Assembly (NCBI GenBank): GCA_963745025.1
Contig: CAVUWD010000016.1
Coordinates: forward strand, 640,001-704,000
Source of the DNA: an uncultured delta proteobacterium
GTDB lineage: Bacteria; Desulfobacterota; Binatia; JACPRU01
Direction of reading: 5' to 3'
DNA: 64,000 nt
The number at the start of each line of letters is the position of its first letter. The stretch's first letter is position 1. A model generated the notes under the pieces. That model was not told the DNA's origin. It searched no databases and saw only the letters and a list, made by a program, of their open reading frames with translations. This document shows positions 21,522 to 29,495 of the stretch, one piece after another. Position numbers and translations under genes: made by a program.

Positions 21522-22367
21522 TCAGGGCCCGGAGTCTCTTTTCTTTCGGAACTGCCAGAAATCGGGCTTCCGCTTCGCGAAGAAGGCTTCGCCGGCCTCC
21601 TTCGGGTCCGGGCCTTCGAAGAAGTCGGGCGCCATCAAGCTCGACAACCGGCCGAACGAGCCCGCCATGTAATCGATGTCGCTGTCGAAGGTCGCCTTCA
21701 GGACCTCGATGCAGGTGGGGTTCAGGTCGAGGATCTCCGCGCACCAGCGGTCCACCTCTTCCTCGACCTTGTCGAGCGGAACTACCACGTTGACCAGACC
21801 CATCTCCAGCGCCTGCCGGGCGTCATAACGTCGGCATAGCATCCACATCTCGCGCGCCTTCTTCGCGCCGACCACCCGGGTCAGATACGCGACCAGATAG
21901 CCGTCGGCCGGGCTCGCGACCCGCGGTCCGTTCTGGCCGAAGACAGCGTTCTCGGCGGCGATGGTGAAGTCGCAGCAGTAGGCCAGGTGATTTCCTCCGC
22001 CGATCGCATAGCCCCTGACCGCGGCGATGATGGGCTTGCGACACATGCGCAGGTAGTGATTCGGGGGAAAGGAGCCGTAGAACTGGTGCCTGAGCCCGCC
22101 CTCGGCCTCCCACTCCACATCGCCTCCGCTCGAGAACGCACGGTCTCCGGCTCCGGTGAGCACGACGACCCCGACCGTACGGTCGTGGCTCGCGTCGTCG
22201 AGGGCTGTCGCGATCTCCCCGATCGTCCGATCGGTGAAGGCGTTCAGCCTGTCCGGACGGTTGATCGTGATCCGGGCGACCCCGCCTCCCCGGTCGCTGT
22301 ACTTGCGCTCGTAGATGACGTCCTTGAAATCGAACCCTGTGACTCTTTCCAGGGAAGTCCAAGCCAT
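21522..22367 (-). CDS. MenB/BadI-like crotonase (ring-cleaving beta-ketoacyl-CoA hydrolase-type)
   Basis: INRPDRLNAF, AFSSGGD, GYAIGGG, FGQNGPRVAS, VVGAKKAREMW and AFFAKRKPDF motifs. Confidence 0.8.
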   Translation of the reverse strand: MAWTSLERVTGFDFKDVIYERKYSDRGGGVARITINRPDRLNAFTDRTIGEIATALDDASHDRTVGVVVLTGAGDRAFSSGGDVEWEAEGGLRHQFYGSFPPNHYLRMCRKPIIAAVRGYAIGGGNHLAYCCDFTIAAENAVFGQNGPRVASPADGYLVAYLTRVVGAKKAREMWMLCRRYDARQALEMGLVNVVVPLDKVEEEVDRWCAEILDLNPTCIEVLKATFDSDIDYMAGSFGRLSSLMAPDFFEGPDPKEAGEAFFAKRKPDFWQFRKKRDSGP

Positions 22368-22429
22368 TGGTCTCTATCCTCGCGCAGCTGTCATCCGCTT
22401 GATTCGACCTATCGTCTGCGCACCACGAT

Positions 22430-22461
22430 CGATGAGACGATCAAACGATGAGACGATCAAA
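22430..22461. repeat. perfect 16-bp tandem repeat CGATGAGACGATCAAA x2
   Basis: Copies at 22430-22445 and 22446-22461, abutting the -12 element of a minus-strand sigma54 promoter. Confidence 0.85.
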
Positions 22462-22477
22462 AGCATGGTCCGTGCCA
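22462..22477 (-). promoter_or_regulatory. sigma54 -24/-12 promoter
   Basis: TGGCAC-GGACC-ATGCT on the minus strand, ~95 bp upstream of the crotonase start. Confidence 0.7.
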
Positions 22478-22633
22478 TGCGATCCCGTCTTGATCGGAGA
22501 GGCGGTTCGGGAGAGTTCCGCAAGCTCGGCAGGCGGTGCCGGCCCATGGCCTCGGCCACCCGTGCCGGGGCGATCTCGGCGAGGGAGACAACCTCGTCGA
22601 GCGCGCCACGGCTCAGCTTCGCTTCGCGATCGA

Positions 22634-22722
22634 GACGCCGCCGGAGAAGGCGACGAGAGGACCTCGCGCATCTCAAGCAGTGACCTCCGCAAGCGGTCGA
22701 GCTTCGTTTCTATGGGCGACAT
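22634..22722 (-). pseudogene. larE: LarE-like (PP-loop sulfur transferase) N-terminal stub
   Basis: MSPIETKLDRLRRSLLEMREVL, then after a 2-nt slip VAFSGGV, then unrelated sequence. This is the typical LarE start and PP-loop. Confidence 0.6.
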
Positions 22723-22734
22723 CGCACGCCGCCA

Positions 22735-23565
22735 CTAGCGACGCGCTTCACCACCGGAGAGGAGTCCCTTCTTGCGGAGGAACTTGACGACCAGCGCCGC
22801 GATGCGTTCCGGGGCCTCGAACATCGGATAGTGGCCGACCTGGTCGAGCACCTCCATCTCGCAGTCCGGCAGCTCGCGGGCCGTCGCCTGAACGAGCTCG
22901 ACCGGCACCCAGAAGTCCTCGCGCCCCACGACCAGCAGCACCGGGCAGCGCGCACCGCGGAGACGCCCGCGCACGTCGTGATTCGCCCACCCGGAAAGAT
23001 CGCCCGCCGCCGCGAGCTGGCTGCCGCGATGCTGCCAGCGGAGCTCCGTCACCCTCTCCTCGGGCACGCATCGGGCGAGGGAGGAGATGGCGGCGCGTTC
23101 CATCACGTCCTGCCATCCTGGCATCCACGACGGTCTCGACATCTCCACGGGGTTCGGGAACGTCGGCGTCCAAGCCGCTCCCTCCATCGGCACCGCGGCG
23201 AGCAGCCCGTCGGAATGGTTCGCGACGAGATCGATCGTGATGTCGCCGCCGATCGAGCAGCCGATGACGACGAAGCGCTGGTCGCAGACCGCTCGGCCGA
23301 ACTGGTACACGAACTCGGCGTGCTCGTGGATCGTCTGCGTCGGCCGCCAGCCGACCGGGTAGGAGCGCGAGTGTCCCGGCAGGTCGACCGCGATGGCCCT
23401 CATTCCGCTCTTCGCGAGAAGCGGAAGAAGATAGCGGTATTCGCGAGAGTCGGACCCGGCCGTGTGCACACACACGATCGGGATTCCCGTGCCGATCTCG
23501 TCGAAGAAGGTCCTCGTTCCGCCGACCGACACGTAGCGACCGGTGATCTCTTCGAGTGGTTCCAT
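22735..23565 (-). CDS. alpha/beta hydrolase (HTAG subfamily)
   Basis: CVHTAG, DLPGHSRS, nucleophile GCSIGG and VGHYPMFE motifs. GAGGAGG RBS. Confidence 0.88.
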   Translation of the reverse strand: MEPLEEITGRYVSVGGTRTFFDEIGTGIPIVCVHTAGSDSREYRYLLPLLAKSGMRAIAVDLPGHSRSYPVGWRPTQTIHEHAEFVYQFGRAVCDQRFVVIGCSIGGDITIDLVANHSDGLLAAVPMEGAAWTPTFPNPVEMSRPSWMPGWQDVMERAAISSLARCVPEERVTELRWQHRGSQLAAAGDLSGWANHDVRGRLRGARCPVLLVVGREDFWVPVELVQATARELPDCEMEVLDQVGHYPMFEAPERIAALVVKFLRKKGLLSGGEARR

Positions 23566-23593
23566 CTCTCGGCTCCTCCTCGTCCCGATGCGG

Positions 23594-24019
23594 CTACTTC
23601 GCGACTTGCGACACGCAGTCCGCGAGGTGGAAGAGCGCCTCGTAGATCCGCATCGCTTCCAGCAGGTTTCCCTCGATGGCGATCCGGGGAGGGGCCGCCC
23701 CGTTCGCGCTCGAGAGAGACGGGTCGTTCTCGAAGCGCCGCTGGCCGGGCATGATGAGATCGGCGAAGCGCCGCTCGCCGGAGACGAGTTCCTCCCACGC
23801 CTGGCGCGACCCGCGCAGCCGAAACGTCGAGCCGAAGGGCGGGATCGAATCGAGCGCCTCGACGATGCGGCCACGGTAGACCTTCAGCCAACACCTCGAC
23901 TCGTCGGCCTCGAGCAGGATCGACCCGTCGAACCAGCGCGTCTCCAGCGCGAACCCCTCGTGTCGGCTCAGCGCTTCTTGCAGTCGGTCCCGAAACCGCG
24001 TGCTGCCAAAATCGATCAT
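23594..24019 (-). CDS. hypothetical protein, SCP2-like fold suspected
   Basis: About 141 aa with ...CWLKVYRGRI...F.LRGSRQAWEEL...IEGNLLEAMR. Same position and pattern as 48044..48436. Confidence 0.65.
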   Translation of the reverse strand: MIDFGSTRFRDRLQEALSRHEGFALETRWFDGSILLEADESRCWLKVYRGRIVEALDSIPPFGSTFRLRGSRQAWEELVSGERRFADLIMPGQRRFENDPSLSSANGAAPPRIAIEGNLLEAMRIYEALFHLADCVSQVAK

Positions 24020-24199
24020 CGTGGCGGCCTCCTTTCCCGGGCCCCGGCGATCGGAACCCGTCGCCGGGCGCGGACTTCCGGAAGCACCGGCGCTCCGATG
24101 GAACACTTCCGGTTCCATGCGAGCTGTTGCGCCCATTCCTTCGTCCTTCGCGTGGCGAATCTCCTTGGACGATCCGGCAGACTCGTCCGCTTTAAGCCA

Positions 24200-24215
24200 A
24201 GCACGTGACATGCCA
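24200..24215 (-). promoter_or_regulatory. sigma54 -24/-12 promoter
   Basis: TGGCAT-GTCAC-GTGCT on the minus strand. Confidence 0.6.
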
Positions 24216-24256
24216 TCGACCGTTTCACGGTTGCTGCACCGAAAACCGATAAGGGC

Positions 24257-24292
24257 CGAGGCGATTTGCACCAATTGATGCGATCCGCGTCA
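24257..24292. promoter_or_regulatory. tandem candidate activator sites
   Basis: CGAGGCGATTTGCACCA (24257-24273) and the palindromic TGATGCGATCCGCGTCA (24276-24292), 41 bp from the minus-strand -24 box. Confidence 0.4.
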
Positions 24293-24375
24293 GCCTATAC
24301 ATGATCGTGGATCGAGAGTATGGATCTGGGCACACCATGAATTGTCAATCGCTAAAAGGCTCGCTGCACCATCTG

Positions 24376-24391
24376 TGGCACGAAGCATGCT
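24376..24391 (+). promoter_or_regulatory. sigma54 -24/-12 promoter
   Basis: TGGCAC-GAAGC-ATGCT upstream of the AOR gene. Confidence 0.7.
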
Positions 24392-24463
24392 GCCTACAGA
24401 AGTCCAGAGGGAACATCCGATTGCGCTAAACGATTTTCATCCCTTCATTAGGAGGAGGACGCC

Positions 24464-26387
24464 ATGATTCGCGGAGGCTACGCGCGCAACATTCTGCGAG
24501 TAGATTTGGGCACCGGCGAGATCAGAAAGGACGATCTCCCGGAGGAGAAGGTGCTGCGGCAGTACATAGGAGGCACGGGGCTCGCTCTTTATTACCTGCT
24601 CAAGGAGGCGCCGGCTGGCGCCAGCGCCACCGATCCTCGGACCCCGCTCATATTCATGACCGGTCCGCTGGCCGGGACCGCCGCCCCGAGCTCCAGCAAC
24701 TACGTCGTGGTCTCCTTTCACTACGAGACTCCATATGCCGCGGGAACGGGCCATTCACACGGGTTTTGGGCCGCTTACCTGAAGCATGCCGGGTATGAGG
24801 GGATCATCATTACCGGACGAGCCGCAGCGCCGGTGTATCTTTGGATCGATGACGGTGCGGTGCAGCTCAGGGATGCCGGCGCGGTATGGGGCAAAGACAC
24901 GCGCGAGACCGAGCGGCGGATCAAGGCGGAGCTGGGAGGAGAGCCGGAAAAGATCAGCGTAGCGTGCATCGGCCCGGCGGGGGAGGCTCTGCTTCCCGGT
25001 GCGATGATCAAGAACGACCGGAACCATGGGGCGGGCAAGGGCAGTCCCGGCGCGATCATGGGCTCGAAGAACCTCAAGGCGATCGCCGTGCGCGGCACCG
25101 GCACCGTGCCGATCGCCAAGCCGGACTGCATTTTTCGAGACCGCGACCCAGTGGGAGCAGAACCTCTTCATCACTCCGGAGGGGGGAGTGCCCCCAGTGC
25201 TCGCTCTCGTTCACAACGCGGGAGTCACTAGGGGTTACAACATCATTGGTGAGCTCTCGATGCTCGCCGGCAAGAACCTGACCGATCCCGAATGGGGCAA
25301 GGTGTACGGCCAGAATTACGTCGATGGCTGCGCCCGCTGGATCGTTACCGCCAGACCTTCTTATAACTGCAAGATCGAGTGCGCCTACGACGTCACGGTC
25401 ACGGATGGTCCCCTGCTCGGGCTCAAGGCGAGCCCGTGCGGTGGCGGTGAAAATACGGAGGGGGCCGCCGCCATGATCGGTGTGGAAGACCCCGGGGCGG
25501 CGCTGGCCATGACGGAGTTCTACGACGCGATGGGGCTCGAGTCCTCCACCGCCGGCTGCGTCCTCGCCATGGCCTTCGAGGCCTACAACAGAGGGATCAT
25601 CACCAAAGAAGACACGGGCGGCCTGGAGCTCAAGTGGGGGAATTACGAGGCGGCGATGGCCCTGATCGAGCAGATGTTGAAGAGGGAGAAGTTCGGAGCG
25701 GTATTGGCTCGGGGGCTCAAAGAGGCCGCCCGAGTCATCGGCAAAGGCGTCGACAAGTTCGTCGTCCACATCAAGGGCGGCGGGATCAATCTTCATGACT
25801 GGCGGCCGGTGTGGAGCGTTCTCTTCGGCGAGGTGATCGCCGGTGCGGGCGTGTGCTGGCAGGCGCCCGGAGTGGATGCGTGGTGCGGGGAGCCGGACCT
25901 GGGCTACCTCACCCACCCCCCGGGGACAGCGGACGACCTCCCCCATGCGCTGGAAAAGGTCGAGCAGGTGCGGCGGACGCAATTCAAGAAGCTGTGGGAG
26001 GATTGTCTGGGAATCTGCTGGTTCGCGGCCTGGGGTGTGCAGGACGTGACGAAGCTTGCCCCGAAGGCGCTGGCGGAAGCCGTCGGATGGGACGACTTCA
26101 CGACCGAGGAGGCCATGGCCGCCGGAGAGAGGGTCGTCAACCTGATGCGCGTCGTCTATGCGCAGCGAGGATTCAAGAAGGAGGACGAATTCGACGTTTC
26201 GCCGCGCCTGCTCGAGCCCCCCACGAGCGGCAGCGCGAAGGGAAAGTCGATCGCAGCGTTTTTGCCCGCCATGGTAGATGAATACTACCGACAGATGGGC
26301 TGGGAGGTGGCGACCGGCATGCCAACGCGGCCGGGCCTCGCCCGGCTCGGGCTCGAGGAGTATACGGCCAGCGTCGAGCGGCGCTGA
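24464..26387 (+). CDS. aldehyde:ferredoxin oxidoreductase (W/Mo-pterin AOR family), +1 frameshift near 25127
   Basis: N-part ILRVDL, LKHAGYEGIIITG, IGPAGE and GAIMGSKNLKAIAVRG. C-part Cys motifs, LKWGN and DEYYRQMGW. The frames join at CCG GAC T GCA TTT. Confidence 0.85.
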
Positions 26388-26477
26388 CTCGACCAGTCGC
26401 AGGACGTTCCGATCGCTACGCGATACGCTGCGGTGGGCCGTCGAACTCGCCGGAAGCGCTGCTCAGGCAACCGTCGA

Positions 26478-26897
26478 TCACGAGGCCGCTGCCGCGGATG
26501 TGCGGTGCTCCGCAGCCAGGCGCCGTACGGTCTCGACGATCTCCCGGGATGAAGCCCCTGCCCCGAAGACTGCCGCGACTCCCTTCCCGACGAGAAGCTC
26601 TTCGTCTGATCGAGTCAGAATCGAACCGCCGAGCACGAGGGGGATTCTCGCACCTCCTTCCCCCAGGCGGCGGAGCAGTTCGTCGACGGAGTAGCGGTAC
26701 TCCCAGGAGTGGCAGCTAACTCCGACCACATCGGCGCTCTCGTCGCGTGCCGAGGCGGCGATGGTCTCGGGTGAAGCGAACCGACCGAGGTAAATCACCT
26801 CCATCCCGGAGTTGCGCAGAATAGAGGCGGCGGCGAGCGCCCCGGTCTCGTGGCCGTCGAAGCCGAGGATCGCGATGAGAACGCGGGACGGCCTCAT
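26478..26897 (-). CDS. B12-binding small subunit of an acyl-CoA mutase
   Basis: GFDGHETG (DxHxxG), GMEVIYLG, ADVVGVS and LGG motifs. Overlaps the large-subunit stop. Confidence 0.9.
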   Translation of the reverse strand: MRPSRVLIAILGFDGHETGALAAASILRNSGMEVIYLGRFASPETIAASARDESADVVGVSCHSWEYRYSVDELLRRLGEGGARIPLVLGGSILTRSDEELLVGKGVAAVFGAGASSREIVETVRRLAAEHRTSAAAAS

Positions 26898-28531
26898 GCG
26901 CTGGCCCTCGCGTCGAGGGAGCCGCCGTCGAGGGGTGGCGTCATCGCTCCGAAGGGGTCGTAGGCCGCACCGTAGGCGAGGCGCAGCATTCCCGCGACCT
27001 CACCCAGCGTGGCCTCGGCCTCGAACGCCGCGATGATCGCGGGCATGAGGGACTGCTCCCTGTTCTTGCCGGCCTCGAGAAGCGCGCGTAACGCCCCGCC
27101 GAGCCGCCCCATGTCGCGCGACCGCTTGAACTCGCGGATCCGCTCTACGTGGTCCCAGCAGGGCTCGACCTTGGTTTCGGCAACCTCGCGCAGCAGCCGG
27201 TCCTCTTCCTCCGGCACGGAGAAGACGTTGACGCCGACCCTCGGAACGGTTCCGTCCTCGACTTCGCGGGCTCGCTCGACCATCGCCCGCTCGAGAAGGC
27301 TTCGGAAGAAGCCGCGCGCGGCGAGATCGACCGGATCGCCCATGGCCTCGATGCGCCCCACGGCCTCGCGGATCTTCCCCTCCATCTCGTTCGTCAGGCG
27401 CTCCACGTAGTACGAGCCGCCGAGCGGATCCACGACGCCGGTGACTCCGGTTTCGAGGCCGATGATCTGCTGCGTCCGCAGCGCGACGACGTGCGCCTCG
27501 TGGCTGGGCGGCCGGTAGGCCTCGTCGAACGTGGAGATCTCCATGGCCTGGACGCCCGCCATCGCCAGCGCCAGCGCCTGCGACGTGCCGCGCACCACGT
27601 TGTTGATCGGCTGCTGCGCGGTGAGGGCGCTGCCCGCCGTGTGGGCCGTGATGTTCACGGACCACGAACGCGGGTCCTTGGCCCCGAACTCCTCGCGCAT
27701 CATGCGCGCGAAGAATCTGCGCGTCGCGCGGATCTTGGCCACCTCCTCGAAGAAGTTCATGCGGCAGTTGACCAGGATGGCGATCCGCGGAGCGAACCGG
27801 TCGATGTCGAGGCCGCGCGCGAGCAGCCCGCGCACCACCTTGCGGATCTCGACGAATCCGAGCGCCATCTCCTCCACGGCGTCGGGCCCGCCGTCGCTTA
27901 CGAAGTACGTGTCCTCGAGGAAGGAGTGGAACCTGGGCATCTCGCGCGTGCAGAACTCGATCGAGTCGAGCGCGAGGCGAAGGCGCAGCTCGACGGGCAT
28001 GTGGACGGCGTAGCTGTAGTCCTCGCCATAGAGCGGCATTTGCAACACCGAGCCTCGCAGCTCCTCCAGCGCGACCCCGCGGGCGCGGGCGACGAGATAC
28101 ACGGCGGCCACGCCGAACCAGCCCTGGACCGAGTGCGAGAGGGTCACGCGGTCGATCGGGATGCCGTCGTAGAGCTCGAGAAAGTCCTGCCGGCGGCAGA
28201 GCGAAACCCCTTGGGTGCCGACTCCATTGTGGGCCATCGGGTGGTCGGGATCGAAGCATGCGAAGGTCGGCGCGTCGCCGATCACGTCGAGGCCGCTCGC
28301 CCCGCTGTCGATCAGCCTGCGAAACTGGGCATTGGACCGAGCCGGTGGTCCTTCCCCGGAAAGCTCGCGCAGGATCCAGCCGCGGCTGCGATCCAGGCTG
28401 GCCCGCCGGCCGCGCGTGAACGGATACGAACCGGGATCGCCGAGGTCGCCGGCATAGTCGACCTCCGACAGATCGGCGGGTGAATAAAACGATTTGGCGG
28501 AATTTTGGGACCGCACGGGGTCAACGCTCAT
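26894..28531 (-). CDS. methylmalonyl-CoA-mutase-family large subunit (divergent specificity)
   Basis: GDPGSYPFTRG, FFEEVAKIRATRR, LTAQQPINNVVR, ALRTQQII, DPLGGSYYVE and VGVN motifs. Confidence 0.9.
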   Translation of the reverse strand: MSVDPVRSQNSAKSFYSPADLSEVDYAGDLGDPGSYPFTRGRRASLDRSRGWILRELSGEGPPARSNAQFRRLIDSGASGLDVIGDAPTFACFDPDHPMAHNGVGTQGVSLCRRQDFLELYDGIPIDRVTLSHSVQGWFGVAAVYLVARARGVALEELRGSVLQMPLYGEDYSYAVHMPVELRLRLALDSIEFCTREMPRFHSFLEDTYFVSDGGPDAVEEMALGFVEIRKVVRGLLARGLDIDRFAPRIAILVNCRMNFFEEVAKIRATRRFFARMMREEFGAKDPRSWSVNITAHTAGSALTAQQPINNVVRGTSQALALAMAGVQAMEISTFDEAYRPPSHEAHVVALRTQQIIGLETGVTGVVDPLGGSYYVERLTNEMEGKIREAVGRIEAMGDPVDLAARGFFRSLLERAMVERAREVEDGTVPRVGVNVFSVPEEEDRLLREVAETKVEPCWDHVERIREFKRSRDMGRLGGALRALLEAGKNREQSLMPAIIAAFEAEATLGEVAGMLRLAYGAAYDPFGAMTPPLDGGSLDARASA

Positions 28532-28660
28532 TGGGGGATCTCCCTGGCGACTCCAATGGGAGTCACATGCATCACATTTTGATTCCGACGGCGACAGAAG
28601 CAAACGGTATCTTCAGGCCGTGTCTTCCAAACTAACGTCTCGTTCACACCCGGTTTCCCC

Positions 28661-29182
28661 CTATTTTTTCCTCTGCATCTTGCCCACGTCCCAGCTGATG
28701 ATCTTGTCCGGAACAATCCTGATCGCAACACGGTCCGGGGTGTACAGGGTGTTGAAATAATCCTCCTGCTCTTTCGGGGAAAACTTGCCCCAGTATTTGT
28801 CCACGTATCCTCGGCAAACTTTGACAACGATCTCCTTGTTCTCGATGATTTCCGCCCGTCCCTTGATCGTCAGGGCCTGCTCCTTGGCAAGCGTGGTCTC
28901 CTCCCGTGAAACGGAGGCGGACGTGCGGTTGTCTCTCCGGTAGGAGATCTCCTTGACCCGGCCCTTGACCGTGCTGGTGTAAACATCATCCCCCAGCATG
29001 CAGTAGAACATGGGAGTTACCATAGGCCAGCCGTTCTTGGTGAGGTGTGTGAGGTACAGCACTTTGCCCGTGTGCAGGAGATCTTTGATATCCTCCGCGC
29101 TCATCCACCACTCGGCCTGTTCATGTACTTTCTTCCACGAATCAACTGTCTGTCCTGGGATGTCAGCCGCTCTTTCTGCCAT
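28661..29182 (-). CDS. pyridoxamine-5'-phosphate-oxidase-like split-barrel flavin/F420-binding protein
   Basis: LTHLTKNGWPMVTPMFY, K...RRDNR.S, IKGRAEI and RVAIRIVPDKIISWD motifs. AGGAG RBS. AT-richer than neighbours. Confidence 0.8.
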   Translation of the reverse strand: MAERAADIPGQTVDSWKKVHEQAEWWMSAEDIKDLLHTGKVLYLTHLTKNGWPMVTPMFYCMLGDDVYTSTVKGRVKEISYRRDNRTSASVSREETTLAKEQALTIKGRAEIIENKEIVVKVCRGYVDKYWGKFSPKEQEDYFNTLYTPDRVAIRIVPDKIISWDVGKMQRKK

Positions 29183-29225
29183 TTTGACTCTCCTTCTTGA
29201 GACTCTTAATTCTCAAATACTTTCT

Positions 29226-29241
29226 CGCATTTTCTATGCCA
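29226..29241 (-). promoter_or_regulatory. sigma54 -24/-12 promoter
   Basis: TGGCAT-AGAAA-ATGCG on the minus strand, 44 bp upstream of the PPOX-like start. Confidence 0.65.
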
Positions 29242-29346
29242 GAAAAATCAATTCGGATTCAGTAAAAGTTAAAGGTCTTTCGCCATTTTTTCGCAACTCA
29301 AGTGCCTCGGCTCAATAGTGGATTTGGCGAGCAGTTCCGGATTTGA

Positions 29347-29381
29347 GTTCGCGGATTGCGACAATGTGGCGAGATGCTACG
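29347..29381. promoter_or_regulatory. tandem candidate activator sites
   Basis: GTTCGCGGATTGCGACA plus TGTGGCGAGATGCTACG (29365-29381), 41 bp before the -24 box at 29423. Confidence 0.55.
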
Positions 29382-29422
29382 TTCCGATAAAACTATAAAC
29401 CGCTGAGTATTGTGTTTCTTTT

Positions 29423-29438
29423 TGGCACATACAATGCT
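29423..29438 (+). promoter_or_regulatory. sigma54 -24/-12 promoter
   Basis: TGGCAC-ATACA-ATGCT upstream of the fused CoA-transferase. Confidence 0.7.
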
Positions 29439-29495
29439 CGCATATCGGCAGGTAGCTCTTGCTCACGCGGCTCGAAAGGTGAGCTCTCTCGATAA

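Noticed and set aside
21522-22367. Calling this gene menB
   Set aside because: No other men genes are present and the context is catabolic, so a BadI-like hydrolase is equally or more plausible.
22441-22722. 93-aa hypothetical ORF
   Set aside because: It is better explained as a frameshifted larE stub running into promoter DNA.
25120-25140. Programmed ribosomal frameshift in AOR at the T-run
   Set aside because: There is no X XXY YYZ heptamer or clear stimulator, and similar indels in two other genes favour sequencing error or decay.
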